DNA from: the human T2T-CHM13v2.0 reference genome, Homo sapiens
DNA: 64,000 bases
Reading direction: 5' to 3' (one strand)
Assembly (NCBI RefSeq): GCF_009914755.1
Contig: NC_060931.1
Shown here: in pieces, positions 1-20,904 of the stretch
Numbering within the stretch: position 1 is the stretch's first letter
Layout of the letters: each line of letters begins with the position of its first letter
Translations under genes and position numbers: made by a program
The notes under the pieces: generated by a model
The model's database searches: none
The model's input: the letters and a program-made list of their open reading frames with translations, nothing else
Told to the model about the DNA's origin: nothing

Positions 1-461
1 CTCCATGAGCAGGAGCCCGCTGACCCACTTAATTTGCTATGAAATGACTTCCTTGGTCAGAAGTAATGCCATATGGCCTACCTTGACGGTGGGTAGGGCA
101 TTCTGTAAGTCCACTTACTGTGGCTCTGGCAGAAGTATTGTGGGTAGGGAAGGAAAATTCATGTCCATAGTAAGTGTCTATTCCAGCAAGTACAAAGCAC
201 TTCCTCTTTCATAATGGAGGTGACCTGATGTAATTAACCTGCCACCAGGCAGCTGATTGGTCCTCTTGGGGAATAGTGCCATATTAGGGCCTCAGTATGG
301 GCTGTGATCTGTTGTCAGTTCAGGCTTGGAGGGTAGAAGACCAGGCTACTAAGCCCTTGCATCCCTTCTATTGCTGCTGCTATGTCCCCTTTGTTTGTGA
401 GTTCACTGAGCAAGGACGGAGTGGCTGGAGAAAAAGGACTGAATGATGTCCACAGAATGAG
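1..461 (-). mobile_element. ERVL (HERV-L-like) internal fragment, decayed integrase region
   Basis: Minus strand reads WWQVNYIRSPPL*KRKCFVLAGIDTYYGHEFSFP, resembling ERVL integrase WQVDYIGPLP..GIDTYSG; contains an in-frame stop. Confidence 0.8.
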
Positions 462-1066
462 TGTATCAATTAAGGGTTTAATCAGAGAGGCAGACCCATT
501 AGGATACATATTTCTCTGTGTGTGTGTGTATTTGTTGTGCAAATTTGATCTTAGTAATTGTGAGGCTAGTTAAACAACTGTGTGTATGTTCTCCTCCTGG
601 ATGGGATGTCTGATGCTAGAGAGTTAAGTTCACAGGGCAGGTGGTTAGGAGGGAAATGGATATAAATAGAGAAGAGCAGGACAGCCTGTAACCTGCAAGC
701 ACAAGCTGGAACCGAGCAGCATGAACTGGAACCTGTGTCAATCTCACTGCCCCTGACCTTGAGGGTCTGGATGTCCTGAAGAAGCCAGTGCCCATTGTCA
801 TGGAGCTGCCCCATCTGGCCCAGGAGTTGGAGAAGCTGAAGGAGGATCAGGGGAAGGTAGAGTAGCTGCAGGCATGGCTGCCATCCACACTGATGACGGG
901 AGCCTGCAGGTTAAATGACAACAGGTAAATTACAAAATGGTGACTGCTTCACTTCCACCCTCCAATTCTCTCTTGTGGCTCATCCTAACTGGAGACATAG
1001 CGGGAGGGGATTCTGAGAAACGGAGTTCAACGCAGCCAGGCTGACATATTTTAAAGTCGGCACAAC
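462..1066 (-). mobile_element. MLT2-like ERVL LTR (3' LTR)
   Basis: Starts tgtatcaattaagggtttaatcagagaggcagacccattagga, like the reverse of an MLT2 3' end, followed by (TG)-rich sequence; its other end abuts a PPT. Confidence 0.65.
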
Positions 1067-1720
1067 TGCTCCCTTCTCAAGTTGGCACCCACACACTCCT
1101 CTTTTCATCACACTTATCCTCCAGTTACGGACAGTAACAAAGTGATGCTTCCTCCTAACAGAATGCAGCCACCCCACAAATCCACACGCACCCTTTCCCC
1201 AGCGAAGATGCAAACTCTCTTTTTGTCTTCTTCTAGCTGATTCACACTCCCTTTTTGTGCATTTTATTATCACTCTTTAAACTGTATATAAACACATCAT
1301 AAGCTTCTTCCTCACTGATTCACACTCCCCCTTTGAGATCCTATAACTGAAATACTGAGAGAGAAAGCTAATTTCTATTAACATGCCTTATGTTAGATGT
1401 TAAGGGGCTAGGAGAGAGGAAGATAATGAAAATATTTAGTTAATTCATAAATACAAACATATTCGTATCAAAATCATTACTACAGTCCTCATTTCTGCCA
1501 TTGGTCATGCGTCTGTAGTTGACATTGATAATTACCTGCCACCACCCATTCCTCATTTCCTTTGTCCTCAGCAAGCACCTCAGCGGGTCATGGCCTCCTG
1601 ACTGGTGGGATCACCCAAACCTTCATTCTTGAAGGGTCTAAGCCTTTAGCAGTCTTGCCTGGATTGGGTTGTTGTCATTTGCCTTTGACTTTAAACACAG
1701 GGCACAGGAGTTGTAGGTGA
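1067..1720 (-). mobile_element. ERVL internal 3' end including polypurine tract
   Basis: ctcccttctcaagttggcacccacac is the reverse of the ERVL 3' end (..GGGTGCCAAGTTGACAAGGGG..). Confidence 0.7.
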
Positions 1721-1744
1721 AATCCTAATAAAGTCGCTGGTTAA

Positions 1745-3282
<1,538 letters not shown>

Positions 3283-3955
3283 ACCACAAGAAAGATTCTC
3301 AAACCAACATACAATGTCTCCAAGAATGTGAAAACCTCTTTGAAAAGCTTGAGAGGATTCCACACGTCCCTTTCATCTTCTCTAGGCAGTACTCCTCCAA
3401 CTCTCTTTATTTATTTATTTATTGAAAACCCCTTAGAGCTGGATATCTTCCTTTCCCAAAAGAAAAGTTGTCTACACCTGTGGTTTCCAGTCTTTTAAAT
3501 GTCACCTTTAAAAAAGGAAGGGGGCTGGGAGTCACTTCTAGTTGCCAATTTGTTATTTAATACACAAGGGAGGTTTTGTTTTTAAATCCCAAATATACTG
3601 TTATTATCACCAACATTTTATTAAAATGCCATCAAAAGAAAGGGCATCTTACCACCAAAAAAAAAAAAAAAGAAAAAAGATAAGAGGAGCAGAATCTCAG
3701 AATAAAGTGTCCTTGCAAATAAATACCATAATTGGCAACTGACTCTGACAGGTCAAAAAATTTTAAAACACAGAATGTTCTAAAAAAAAAAAAATCAAGC
3801 AAAAGAAATTGCAGCATAAAATATTATCCTAAGATGTGGCATTGCATTTTCATTTTTAAATTGTGAACACTGCATACAAATGAAAGAGTGCATATGATGT
3901 GGATATCTACGGTTTTAAAGAATGATAATAAAACGCACAACACATAATACAGAAC

Positions 3956-4016
3956 TCTCCTGGTGCTCCTCCCCTGGTGCTCCTCCCCTGGTACTCCTCC
4001 CCTGGTGTTCCTCCCC
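3956..4016. repeat. 14-bp minisatellite (CTCCTCCCCTGGTG), about 4 copies
   Basis: Units at 3966, 3980 and 3994 plus partial flanking copies. Confidence 0.9.
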
Positions 4017-4066
4017 ACCTTCCTCTCTAGCTCCTGGAGGACACTGCCATCCTGTGTATTTATTAA

Positions 4067-5880
<1,814 letters not shown>

Positions 5881-6339
5881 CGAGGGCTCACCAGAGCCCT
5901 GTGAGGAGGAGTTGGAATGGCCACTTTATTTATGCAGCAGTCATTGATGAAAACCCAGTTTCACCCACACTTGTGGATGGAGAGGGAAGCAAGGCTCCTC
6001 ATGCCCTCATTATGCAATTTGTGGGTAACAGCCTCCAGGTCTCCAGTGGTTTCTATGGGGCAGGCAGTCCAGGGCCCTAATGTGGGCTTCAAGGGCTGGT
6101 CACCAGTCGATTACCCACTGGGGTAGCCCAACTTCAGGCTCTGGTCACCACCCAGCGGTTGGAAAATCACCTTCAAAGGTGCTGTGAGCAGGTGAACGTC
6201 ACAGACCCACACGAGAGCACGGGCTGGCTTGGGAACTGCTGTCCTGTCGGTTAACAGCCCAATAGGTTAACAGGATAGGCCTAGGCTACTTTTACCAGAT
6301 CCCTGGATCTCCCTAAAAAAAGGATCCTGACAATACCGG

Positions 6340-6805
6340 TCTCTAGATCCTTTCTAGAAATGCAGAATCAAATGCCATACCAGAGGACAAATGAATCTGA
6401 ATCTTGCTTTTTTTTTTCTTTTTTTCTTTTTTGAGATAGGGTCTCACTCTTGCCCAGGCTGGAGTGCAGTGGCGCAATTATATTATGTAATAGGTCACTG
6501 TAGCTCTGACACCTACCCCGCCAACCACGGAGCTCAAGCGATCCTCCCACCTCAGCCTCCTGAGTAGCTGGGACTACAGGCATGTGTCACCACGCCCAGT
6601 TAATTTTTTATTTTTTTGTAGAGGAGACAGGATCCCCCTGTCTTGCCCAGGCTGGTCTCAAACTCCTGGGCTCAAGTGACCCTCCTGCCTCAGCCCCCCA
6701 AAGTGCTGGATTTACAGGCATGAGCCATTGCACCTGGCCTGAATTTTGCATTTTAGTAAGATCCCAAGTGACCTGTACCCACGTTCAAGGTTGGGAAGGA
6801 CTGGC
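6340..6805. mobile_element. MER5-like hAT-Charlie MITE split by a minus-strand AluJ (6408-6739)
   Basis: tagaaatgcagaat..gaatctgaatct [Alu] gcattttagtaagatcccaagtga..caaggttgggaa. Confidence 0.65.
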
Positions 6806-6829
6806 CTACATCTTTCATTGTGTGTGTAT

Positions 6830-7130
6830 TTTTAAATAAATGTTTTTATTAAAATAGAGCACACATACAGAACCATTTGATAAATTATCACAAAGTGAAT
6901 CCATAGAGGCACCCAGCCCCCCGATTAAGAAATAGAATAGGGCTAGGGTTAATAGCACCCTAGAAGTTCTCTTTCCCAGACACTCACCCCCAACCCTGGT
7001 CCCCAAAGGTAACCAATATTCTCGCTTCTAATGGCATAAGTTAATTTGATCCACATTTGTTCTTCATGTACATGGAATCATATTGCACGTATTTTTTTGT
7101 GTCTGGCTGCTTTCGTTTGTGAGATTCTAA
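6830..7130 (-). mobile_element. Old L1M 3'UTR fragment
   Basis: Reverse L1ME/MC-like text (gtaacca..ttctaatggcataag..catggaatcat..gtgtctggctgctttc). Confidence 0.6.
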
Positions 7131-7729
7131 AATCCTCACTAGGAACCCCAGCCTTCCACTGTGTACTTACACATTTTATACTGCTCTCTCATGTTTCCTG
7201 AGTCTTCTATCCCCAGAAAACTGTAAAGTTAAGGAAAGCCCATTTTATCCAAATAAATATTTAGCGAGCACCCACACTGTGCCAGGATTGTGGGGGGCTG
7301 AACCCCAACATGTGTTGCCAAATCGAGAGTTCCGTGTCATGTGAGGCATCTTGCCTAAGTAGTTTTCAGGGATGTGGAAGATTCACGTTGGTATGTGATT
7401 TCAATCTCTGAAAGGAATTTATTACCTGCCCTAAAGACACCCCAAACTGCACTTCAGCACACAGCTAACAAGTGACAGCAGGCTTCTCGCTTATGTCTTT
7501 AGAACACATCATAAAACCTAGTTCCCAGGAGCTGCTGTCTCGATGATTTCTGCTTTTCTTCAAGTGTTATTTGGTTAAATATTGAGATTCCCTCAGCTAA
7601 AAGTTATAAGTCTCTCAGAAAGCTGTTGATGCTTGTTCTTCTCAGGGCTTCCAGAAATAAATTATGCACGGACACTTTCCCCATTGATGGTTGTGACACT
7701 TAAGCCCTCTTGTTTGTTTAATTTTTAAA

Positions 7730-11953
<4,224 letters not shown>

Positions 11954-12636
11954 TTAATACTGTAAGTTAACATAAGGCACATGGGTTAGGTTGGCTAGAG
12001 TCCTGACTACAGCAGCCATCCAAGACCATCATCTGGGTTCAGAGCATGGATCTAAAAGAAGCAAGAAGCCCTCATCTGGATGTCGGTTGGCCTGAAGGAG
12101 CCTGGGGGCCTCTGATCTCCTGCAAGTCACGGCCACGCTTTCCTTCACTTAGCAGCTGGCCTCCACAGAGATGTCAGCAATTCGTAGGAACGGTTGTTCC
12201 CTTTATCCTTTGAGAAAAGGGACATGCAAAATAAGCCAAACATTTTCTAGTGTGAACAGACTGAGGTGCTACTTTTAAAAAGAAACAGGGAGCAACCGAA
12301 AAGTCCAATGGAAAACAGAAAATAACCAAGAGGTCAGAAACTAACACCAGAGAAGAAAGTAGCAATGATTTAAATGTGCGCATTAACAGTTCACAGGAAT
12401 GGAACAGAGTTTCCATACGCTGAAAGGTGAGTCTCTTTTCCATCTCCACCGAGAGCACAACTTCAAAGGAACAGACTCAAATTGTCGGAAGGGCTAAAAA
12501 GAACAACTTTGACTTGTTAGGGATATCAGACTCTGATCCAAACTAACAAAGGAAATAATGTGCTCGCCTTGGAAAATCTTTTTTTTTAAATGGATAGCTT
12601 AAAAAAAAAAAGTGCGCCTGGCTGTATTGTGGGCTA

Positions 12637-12774
12637 GGGGCGGGTTCTGGCTGGACATTAGGGGTAGAGTCTCTGGTGTCTTTCAATCGGTTATAAAAAG
12701 CTCCTAGGCCCTCAGTCCAGTCTTTTCTAGAAGTACAATTAATTATATTGCATTAAATATTGCCTGCGGTAAGT
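12637..12774 (+). promoter_or_regulatory. Candidate Pol II core promoter plus first-exon donor
   Basis: GGGGCGGG 12637-12644, TATAAAAAG 12692-12700, Inr-like CCAGTCT 12717-12723, GCG|GTAAGT 12768/12769. Motif-level evidence only. Confidence 0.35.
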
Positions 12775-13293
12775 GGGCCATCAATGAAGCTGAGTCTTTC
12801 TGTTATTTCTGTTTCCGTGCTTTGAAGACAAGTGTCCTCTCACAGAGCTCTTTGTAAACAGACTTTCTGCCAATTGAATAGAGTAGATTAATTGCACTAT
12901 AGGAGGAGGGAGAACTTGCAATGTAAAGTGATTCTATGGTACGCTTTACTGTAAAAATGAGAGTCTATTGTAAATGTGGGTTTTTGAAAAGCAAAATGGA
13001 AGAGCCCAGGCCAGGTAAAAGAATGAATTCCCATCGCACATAGGATAGAGAAGCAGGGCAGCCGGCAGGTGCCGCATGCACATAAAGCTGTTAGCACCAT
13101 GCCTAGCCCTGAGGACTCAAGCAACCCATGGAAGCTCCTGAAATACTATCAGCCTGTTTGGATACTGTTATCCTCCTATTCTCCCACGTCTACATAAGCA
13201 CCAGCAATGACGGAGGATTAAGATTTCATCTAGTGCTCATCAATCTCTTAAATCTCTGTTCAGGAACTGACAGTGGTTCAAATCCCAGCTCTC

Positions 13294-14568
<1,275 letters not shown>

Positions 14569-14877
14569 TGAAACATTTCTCAAGTGAATACACATTAGAA
14601 TTATCCCCCAAACCTTTCTAGTGAAAAGGGTTGATCGATTGGAAGGGTCTAGATGTGTCACTCCTCAGTCCAAACTGCTGAGTGGGAAATGGGTTCCAGA
14701 AAAGGCTTGTCTCCGTTTGGAAAACATAAAGTTGGCCAGCGAATGATGCATTAAGGTCAAGTCTAATCACTGTAAATGTTGTGTCCTCTGCAGCCCGCCT
14801 ATGAGGCAGCTGGGGCTTCAGCTCTCTGAATTTACAGTCTAAGAATCTGTCTCTGCTTATCCTGCCTTCTGCCCTTT

Positions 14878-15678
<801 letters not shown>

Positions 15679-16239
15679 TCCCCAGATGGCTTTGTCCTCT
15701 CCTCTCCTTCCGGTAATCCCTCCCTGCCCTCGTCCACAGAAATGCAGGTTCACAGAAACACAGGTGTGTCAGTCCACAGCCACAGACCTCCACACACAGC
15801 TCCCCAAATGCACACACACACACACACAAATACACATTTTATGTGTAACTACTGAACTGCAGATTACAGATGCTTTCATTCTGTCTCTTTTTTTTAACTT
15901 TTATTATGGAAAAAAAATTAACATTCACAAAAATAGAGTGGCGTAATGAACACCCATGTGCCCATCCCCAGCTTTTATGAAGAATTTTGCCCATTGTATT
16001 TCATCTAGCCCCCAGCCAAGGTCACTTTGCATGGGGCAGTATGTGGAGCATTTTAAAGCAAACAACACACCATGCCAGGTCATCTGTAAAGCTTTAGTGT
16101 AAACAACTTCAGGCGCATTTTTTCGGTCACCTCTGAGGAGTATTTTATTACTGAAGTAAAAGGAATGAATAGAGTTTTATATCTGGGTCCTCTTTCAGTT
16201 CTTTTACAGTTCAGTGATTTTTGTCTGCTTGCTTTGTTT

Positions 16240-17930
16240 TCTCTTTTTTACAATTTTTTATTTAGTGGTTTTAAATATATTCACACAGTTGTGCAACCAT
16301 CACCACAATCTAATTTTAGAACATTTTCATCACCCCCAAAAGAAACCCTGTACCCATCAGCAGTCACTCCTCATTTCCCTCCTCCCCAACACTCCAGCCT
16401 CAGACAACCACTAATCTGCTTTCTGTCTCAATAGATTTGCTTATTTGGAACATTTCATATAAAGGGAATCATACAATATCTAGTCTTTTGTAACTGGCTT
16501 CTTTTTTCACTTAGCAAAATGTTTCAAGGTGGGTTTATGCTAAAGTATGTATCAGCACTTTAATCCTTTTCATGGCTGAGTAATATTTTATTGCATGGAT
16601 ATGCCACATATTATTTATCCATTTATCAGTTGATGGACATTTGGGTTGTTTCCATCGTTTGGCTATTATGAATAATCCCACAATGAACACTCATGTACAA
16701 GTGTTTGTGTGGACATATGTTTTCATTTCTCTTGTGTACATGCCTAAGAGTAGAATTTTTTTGAACATAACTCTATGTCTTGGGTTTTTGTTTTGTTGAG
16801 ACAGGATCTTACTTTGTTGCCCAGGCTGAAGTGCAGTGGTATGAACATGGCTCACTGCAGCCTTGACCTCCTGGGCTCAAGTGATCCTCCTGCCTCAGCC
16901 TCCCATGTAGCTGGGACCACAGGTGTGTACCAACATGCCTGGCTAACTTTTGTATTTTTTGTAGAGACAGGGTTTTGCCATGTTGCTCAGGCTTACTCTC
17001 AAACTCCCGGGCTCAAGCAATCTGTCCACCTTGGCCTCCCAAAGTGCTGGGACCACAGGCGTGAGCCACCATGCCCAGCCTTGTAACTCTATGTTTAACT
17101 TTTTTTTTTTTTTTTTTTTGAGATGGAGTCTTACTCTGTTGCCCAGGCTGGAGTGCAGTGGAGCAATCTCATCTCACTGCAACCCCCATCTCTCACTGCA
17201 ACCCCCACCTCCCAAAGTGCTGGGCTTACAGATGTAAGCCACCACACTAGCCATGTTTAACATTTTGAGGAACCACCAAACTGTTTTCCAAAGTGGCTAT
17301 AACACTTTACTATTCTACCAGCAATGTATGAAAATTCTAATTTCTCCATAAATTCACTATACTTGTTATTCTCCATCTTTTTTATTATAGCCAACCTGGT
17401 GGGTGTAAAGTGATATCTCATTGTGGTTTTTATTTGTATTTCCCTACTGACTAATGATGTTGAGCCTTTTTAATGTGCTTATTGACCATTTGTAAATCTT
17501 CTTTGGAGAAATGTGTCTTCAGATCCTTTGCCTGTTTTTCAACTGGGTCATGTCTTTTTGTTGTTGTTGAGTTGTAAAAGATCTTTATATAGTCTGGACG
17601 GAAGTCCCTTATTGGGTATATGATTTGCAAATATTTTCTCCCATCTGTGAGCTGTCTTTTCCTTTCTTCCTGGTGTCCTGTGAAACACAAAAGTTTTCTA
17701 CTGGATAAAGTCCAGTGTATCTGTTTTTTCTTTTGTTGCTTGTGCTTTTGGTGTGGATCTGAGAAACCATTGCCTGACTCAATATCACAAAGATTTAGTC
17801 CTATGTTTTCTTCAAAGTGTTTTCTAGTTTTAGCTCTTACATTTAGATGTATGATCCACTTTGAGTAATTTTTTAATATATGGTGTGAGGTAGGGATCCA
17901 AACTCATTCTTTTGCATTTGTATATAGATA
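16240..17930 (-). mobile_element. L1MB-type 3' region interrupted by Alus (- 16785-17080, internally deleted - 17100-17252)
   Basis: Reverse L1 ORF2 C-terminal and 3'UTR text; ORF 17451..17690(-) KQAKDLKTHFSKEDLQMVNKH. Confidence 0.85.
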
Positions 17931-17997
17931 TTACATTTTGATCCTGTTTCTTTTTGACTTGTTCTATGATATTGTACCTGTTTTCCATAAACCACCT

Positions 17998-18610
17998 TTT
18001 ATTTATTTATTTAGACACAGGGGTCTCACTATGTTGCCCAGGCTGGACTCAAACTCCTGGGCTCAAGCGATCCTCTGGCCTCAACCTCCAGAGTAGCTGG
18101 AACTACAGACACACACGATCATGCTCAGTTCCACAAATCACCTTTTACATGTCTTTGATGAGACTACACCAAGAGTGATAAAAAAGAAAACCCTAAATGG
18201 AGAAACAGTCCACATGAGGAAGTGGTTAGCCCTTCTTTCATTGCCTGTAATCTGTAACTCATTTCTCCAATTTTAGTTTTTTCCCCTTTTCTTATAATAT
18301 TTTACAATGCAATTTAGCACCTGTTTGATTCAGTCAGTGGTAACTGTACCAATTAGTCCTGACCTAACCTTCAGCTATTCTGTTCTATCTCATTTCTATC
18401 TATCTATCTATCTATCTATCTATCCCTCTATCTATCTATCTATCTATCTATCTATCCCTCTATCTATCTATTTAGAGTTGAAGTCTCACATAGTCACACA
18501 GGCTGGAGTGCAGTGGTACAATCATAGCTCACTGTAGCCTTGAATTCCTGGCCTCCAGTGATCCTCCTGCCTCAGCCTCCTGAGTCTCTGGGATTACAAG
18601 CATGAGCCAT
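17998..18610 (-). mobile_element. Alu monomers (FLAM-like 17998-18128, FRAM-like 18471-18610)
   Basis: Single-arm reverse Alu sequences. Confidence 0.75.
18395..18471. repeat. (TCTA)n tetranucleotide STR with two TCCC interruptions
   Basis: Seen directly. Confidence 0.95.
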
Positions 18611-18987
18611 CAATTTAAAACTTCAATTTGACAAAGACTATGAGCACCAACAATGTGTCTGTTGGTCCTGGGTAAATCAGAGGTGAAAAGACAAGTGCCC
18701 CGCCCTCAGACTATCACAGCCAAGATGGAGAGAGGTCTGGCATGTAAACAAATAATGAGGGAGTATGAACATAAGAGGGAAGGAGTGATTGTGTGAGGGG
18801 ACTGGAAAACCTCATGAAGGGAGGGGATTGGGGCAAAGGCTCAGAGCAGGGTCCAGGCAGGGACCAATGTCTGATGCCAGCTGGGTGAGGCCCTTGTCAA
18901 TCTGGATACCAGATGCCCCATCTAGAGGAGGCAGTTTCCACTCATCCCCAGCAGATCATATCACTGTAGGTGGACCCAGGAACGTCA

Positions 18988-19348
<361 letters not shown>

Positions 19349-19414
19349 CTAATTTTTGTGTGGAATTCCTCATTTTTGAAAGTTGTTAATTAATTTGAAT
19401 TTTAAAACTCTATA

Positions 19415-20040
19415 GTGGGTTCCCCAAATGTTGCATAAAATTACTATACAATGCAGCAATTCCACTCCCGGGTATACTCCCCCAGAGAAATGAATACAGG
19501 GATTCAAACAGATATTTGTAGGCCAATGTTCACTGCAACCCGAAGTGGAAACAATCCAAGTGTCTATCAACAGAGGAACTGATAAATAATATGTGATATA
19601 TTCACACAATGCAATATTCACCCATTAAAAAAAAGTTCAGTTCTAATGCATGCTACAACATGGACGAACCTTGGAAATCTTATGCTAAGTAAAATAAACC
19701 AGCCACAAAAGGACAAATATTATATGATTGCACTACGTGAAATACCTAGAATAGGCAAATTCATACAGACAGAAAGTAGATAAGAGATTACCAGGGGCTG
19801 GGGCAGGGAGGTGGGTGGAGGTGCCTAGGAGTTCTTGCTTAATGGTACAGTTTCTGCTTGGGGTGATGAAAACGTTTTGGAAACAGTGGGTGATGTTTGC
19901 ACAACATTGCAAAAGTAACTAGTGCCACTACATTGTACACTTAATAATGGTTAACATGGGGGCTGGGCGCGGTGGCTCATGCCTGTAATCCCAGCACTTT
20001 GGGAGGCCGAGGTGGGCACATCATGAGGTCAGGAGATCGC
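19415..20040 (+). mobile_element. L1MB-type 3'UTR fragment ending in a 3'-truncated Alu (19961-20040)
   Basis: cagcaattccactcc..gaaatgaatacagg..ggcaaattcatacagacagaaagtaga..aatggttaacatgg, then only the first ~80 nt of an Alu. Confidence 0.85.
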
Positions 20041-20767
20041 CAGAGGAGTTGAGTCCTGAGCAATTGCAGAGAGGGAGCCTGCTCCTAGGACTTCGTACAA
20101 ATTCCAAATGGGATATATGGAGTTCTAGGGAAGGGCATGTAAATTCAGTAAAACTCATTCCGACTTTAATTAAACAGCCCAGAGCACAGGTCCTAGTAGT
20201 GGTGGGCTGGTTTCATCTCTTATGTGAAAGAGGTTTACTGAAAAAAGAGCAGCGTGATAGAAATCAAACACAGATCAGGGGGCTCAGCCTGACTGTGCTA
20301 ACCAAGTCTGTGCCCTTTGGAATCTACGCTGAATGATGATCTCGCTGTGCCTCAGCGTCCTTGCTTCTCAATGGGGCGAAGTCTCTGTCCTATCCAGTTC
20401 ATGGGATGGCTCTGATGAGAAAAATGAAAGCGATTTCCAAACATTTCACATCTAAGTGCCCCGAATTGTCCCAGGGCTGTGAATTTTACCTATCCTCTGT
20501 GCTTTACAACGTTACATAACATGTTTGAAATAAGTGGGTCGTCCACCGGGGTTTGGAATTCACTGTGATCTGGAGACCTGGTCGTATTTATTGTAAGTTT
20601 TGACTCCTGAACAAAAAGTGAAACATTATTCGCACTCAAGCTCCTCCTGTGTTCTATCCTTACGCAGGACATCATCCACACAGCACCCCATTCTTCATCT
20701 TGCATTGCTCTTTTTGGAAATAAGTATATTTGGATGTTTTGTTACTAAAGCTGCATTCTCCCCGCAG

Positions 20768-20904
20768 CATGCGTGCTCTGCAGCAACAGGGAAGGGAAAA
20801 CAGGAACGCTCTGAAGCAGTACATTCCTGCACACCCACACAGAGCCATGGCTTCCTAGACAAGTCCCCGAACCTGGATGTCTGCAGTGTCCTGGCACGCT
20901 GCTG
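20768..20904 (+). other. Candidate internal exon of an unidentified + strand transcript
   Basis: Branch-point-like TACTAAA 20743-20749, ctgcattctccccgcag acceptor, CTG|GTAAGT donor; 137 nt in unique sequence. Confidence 0.35.
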
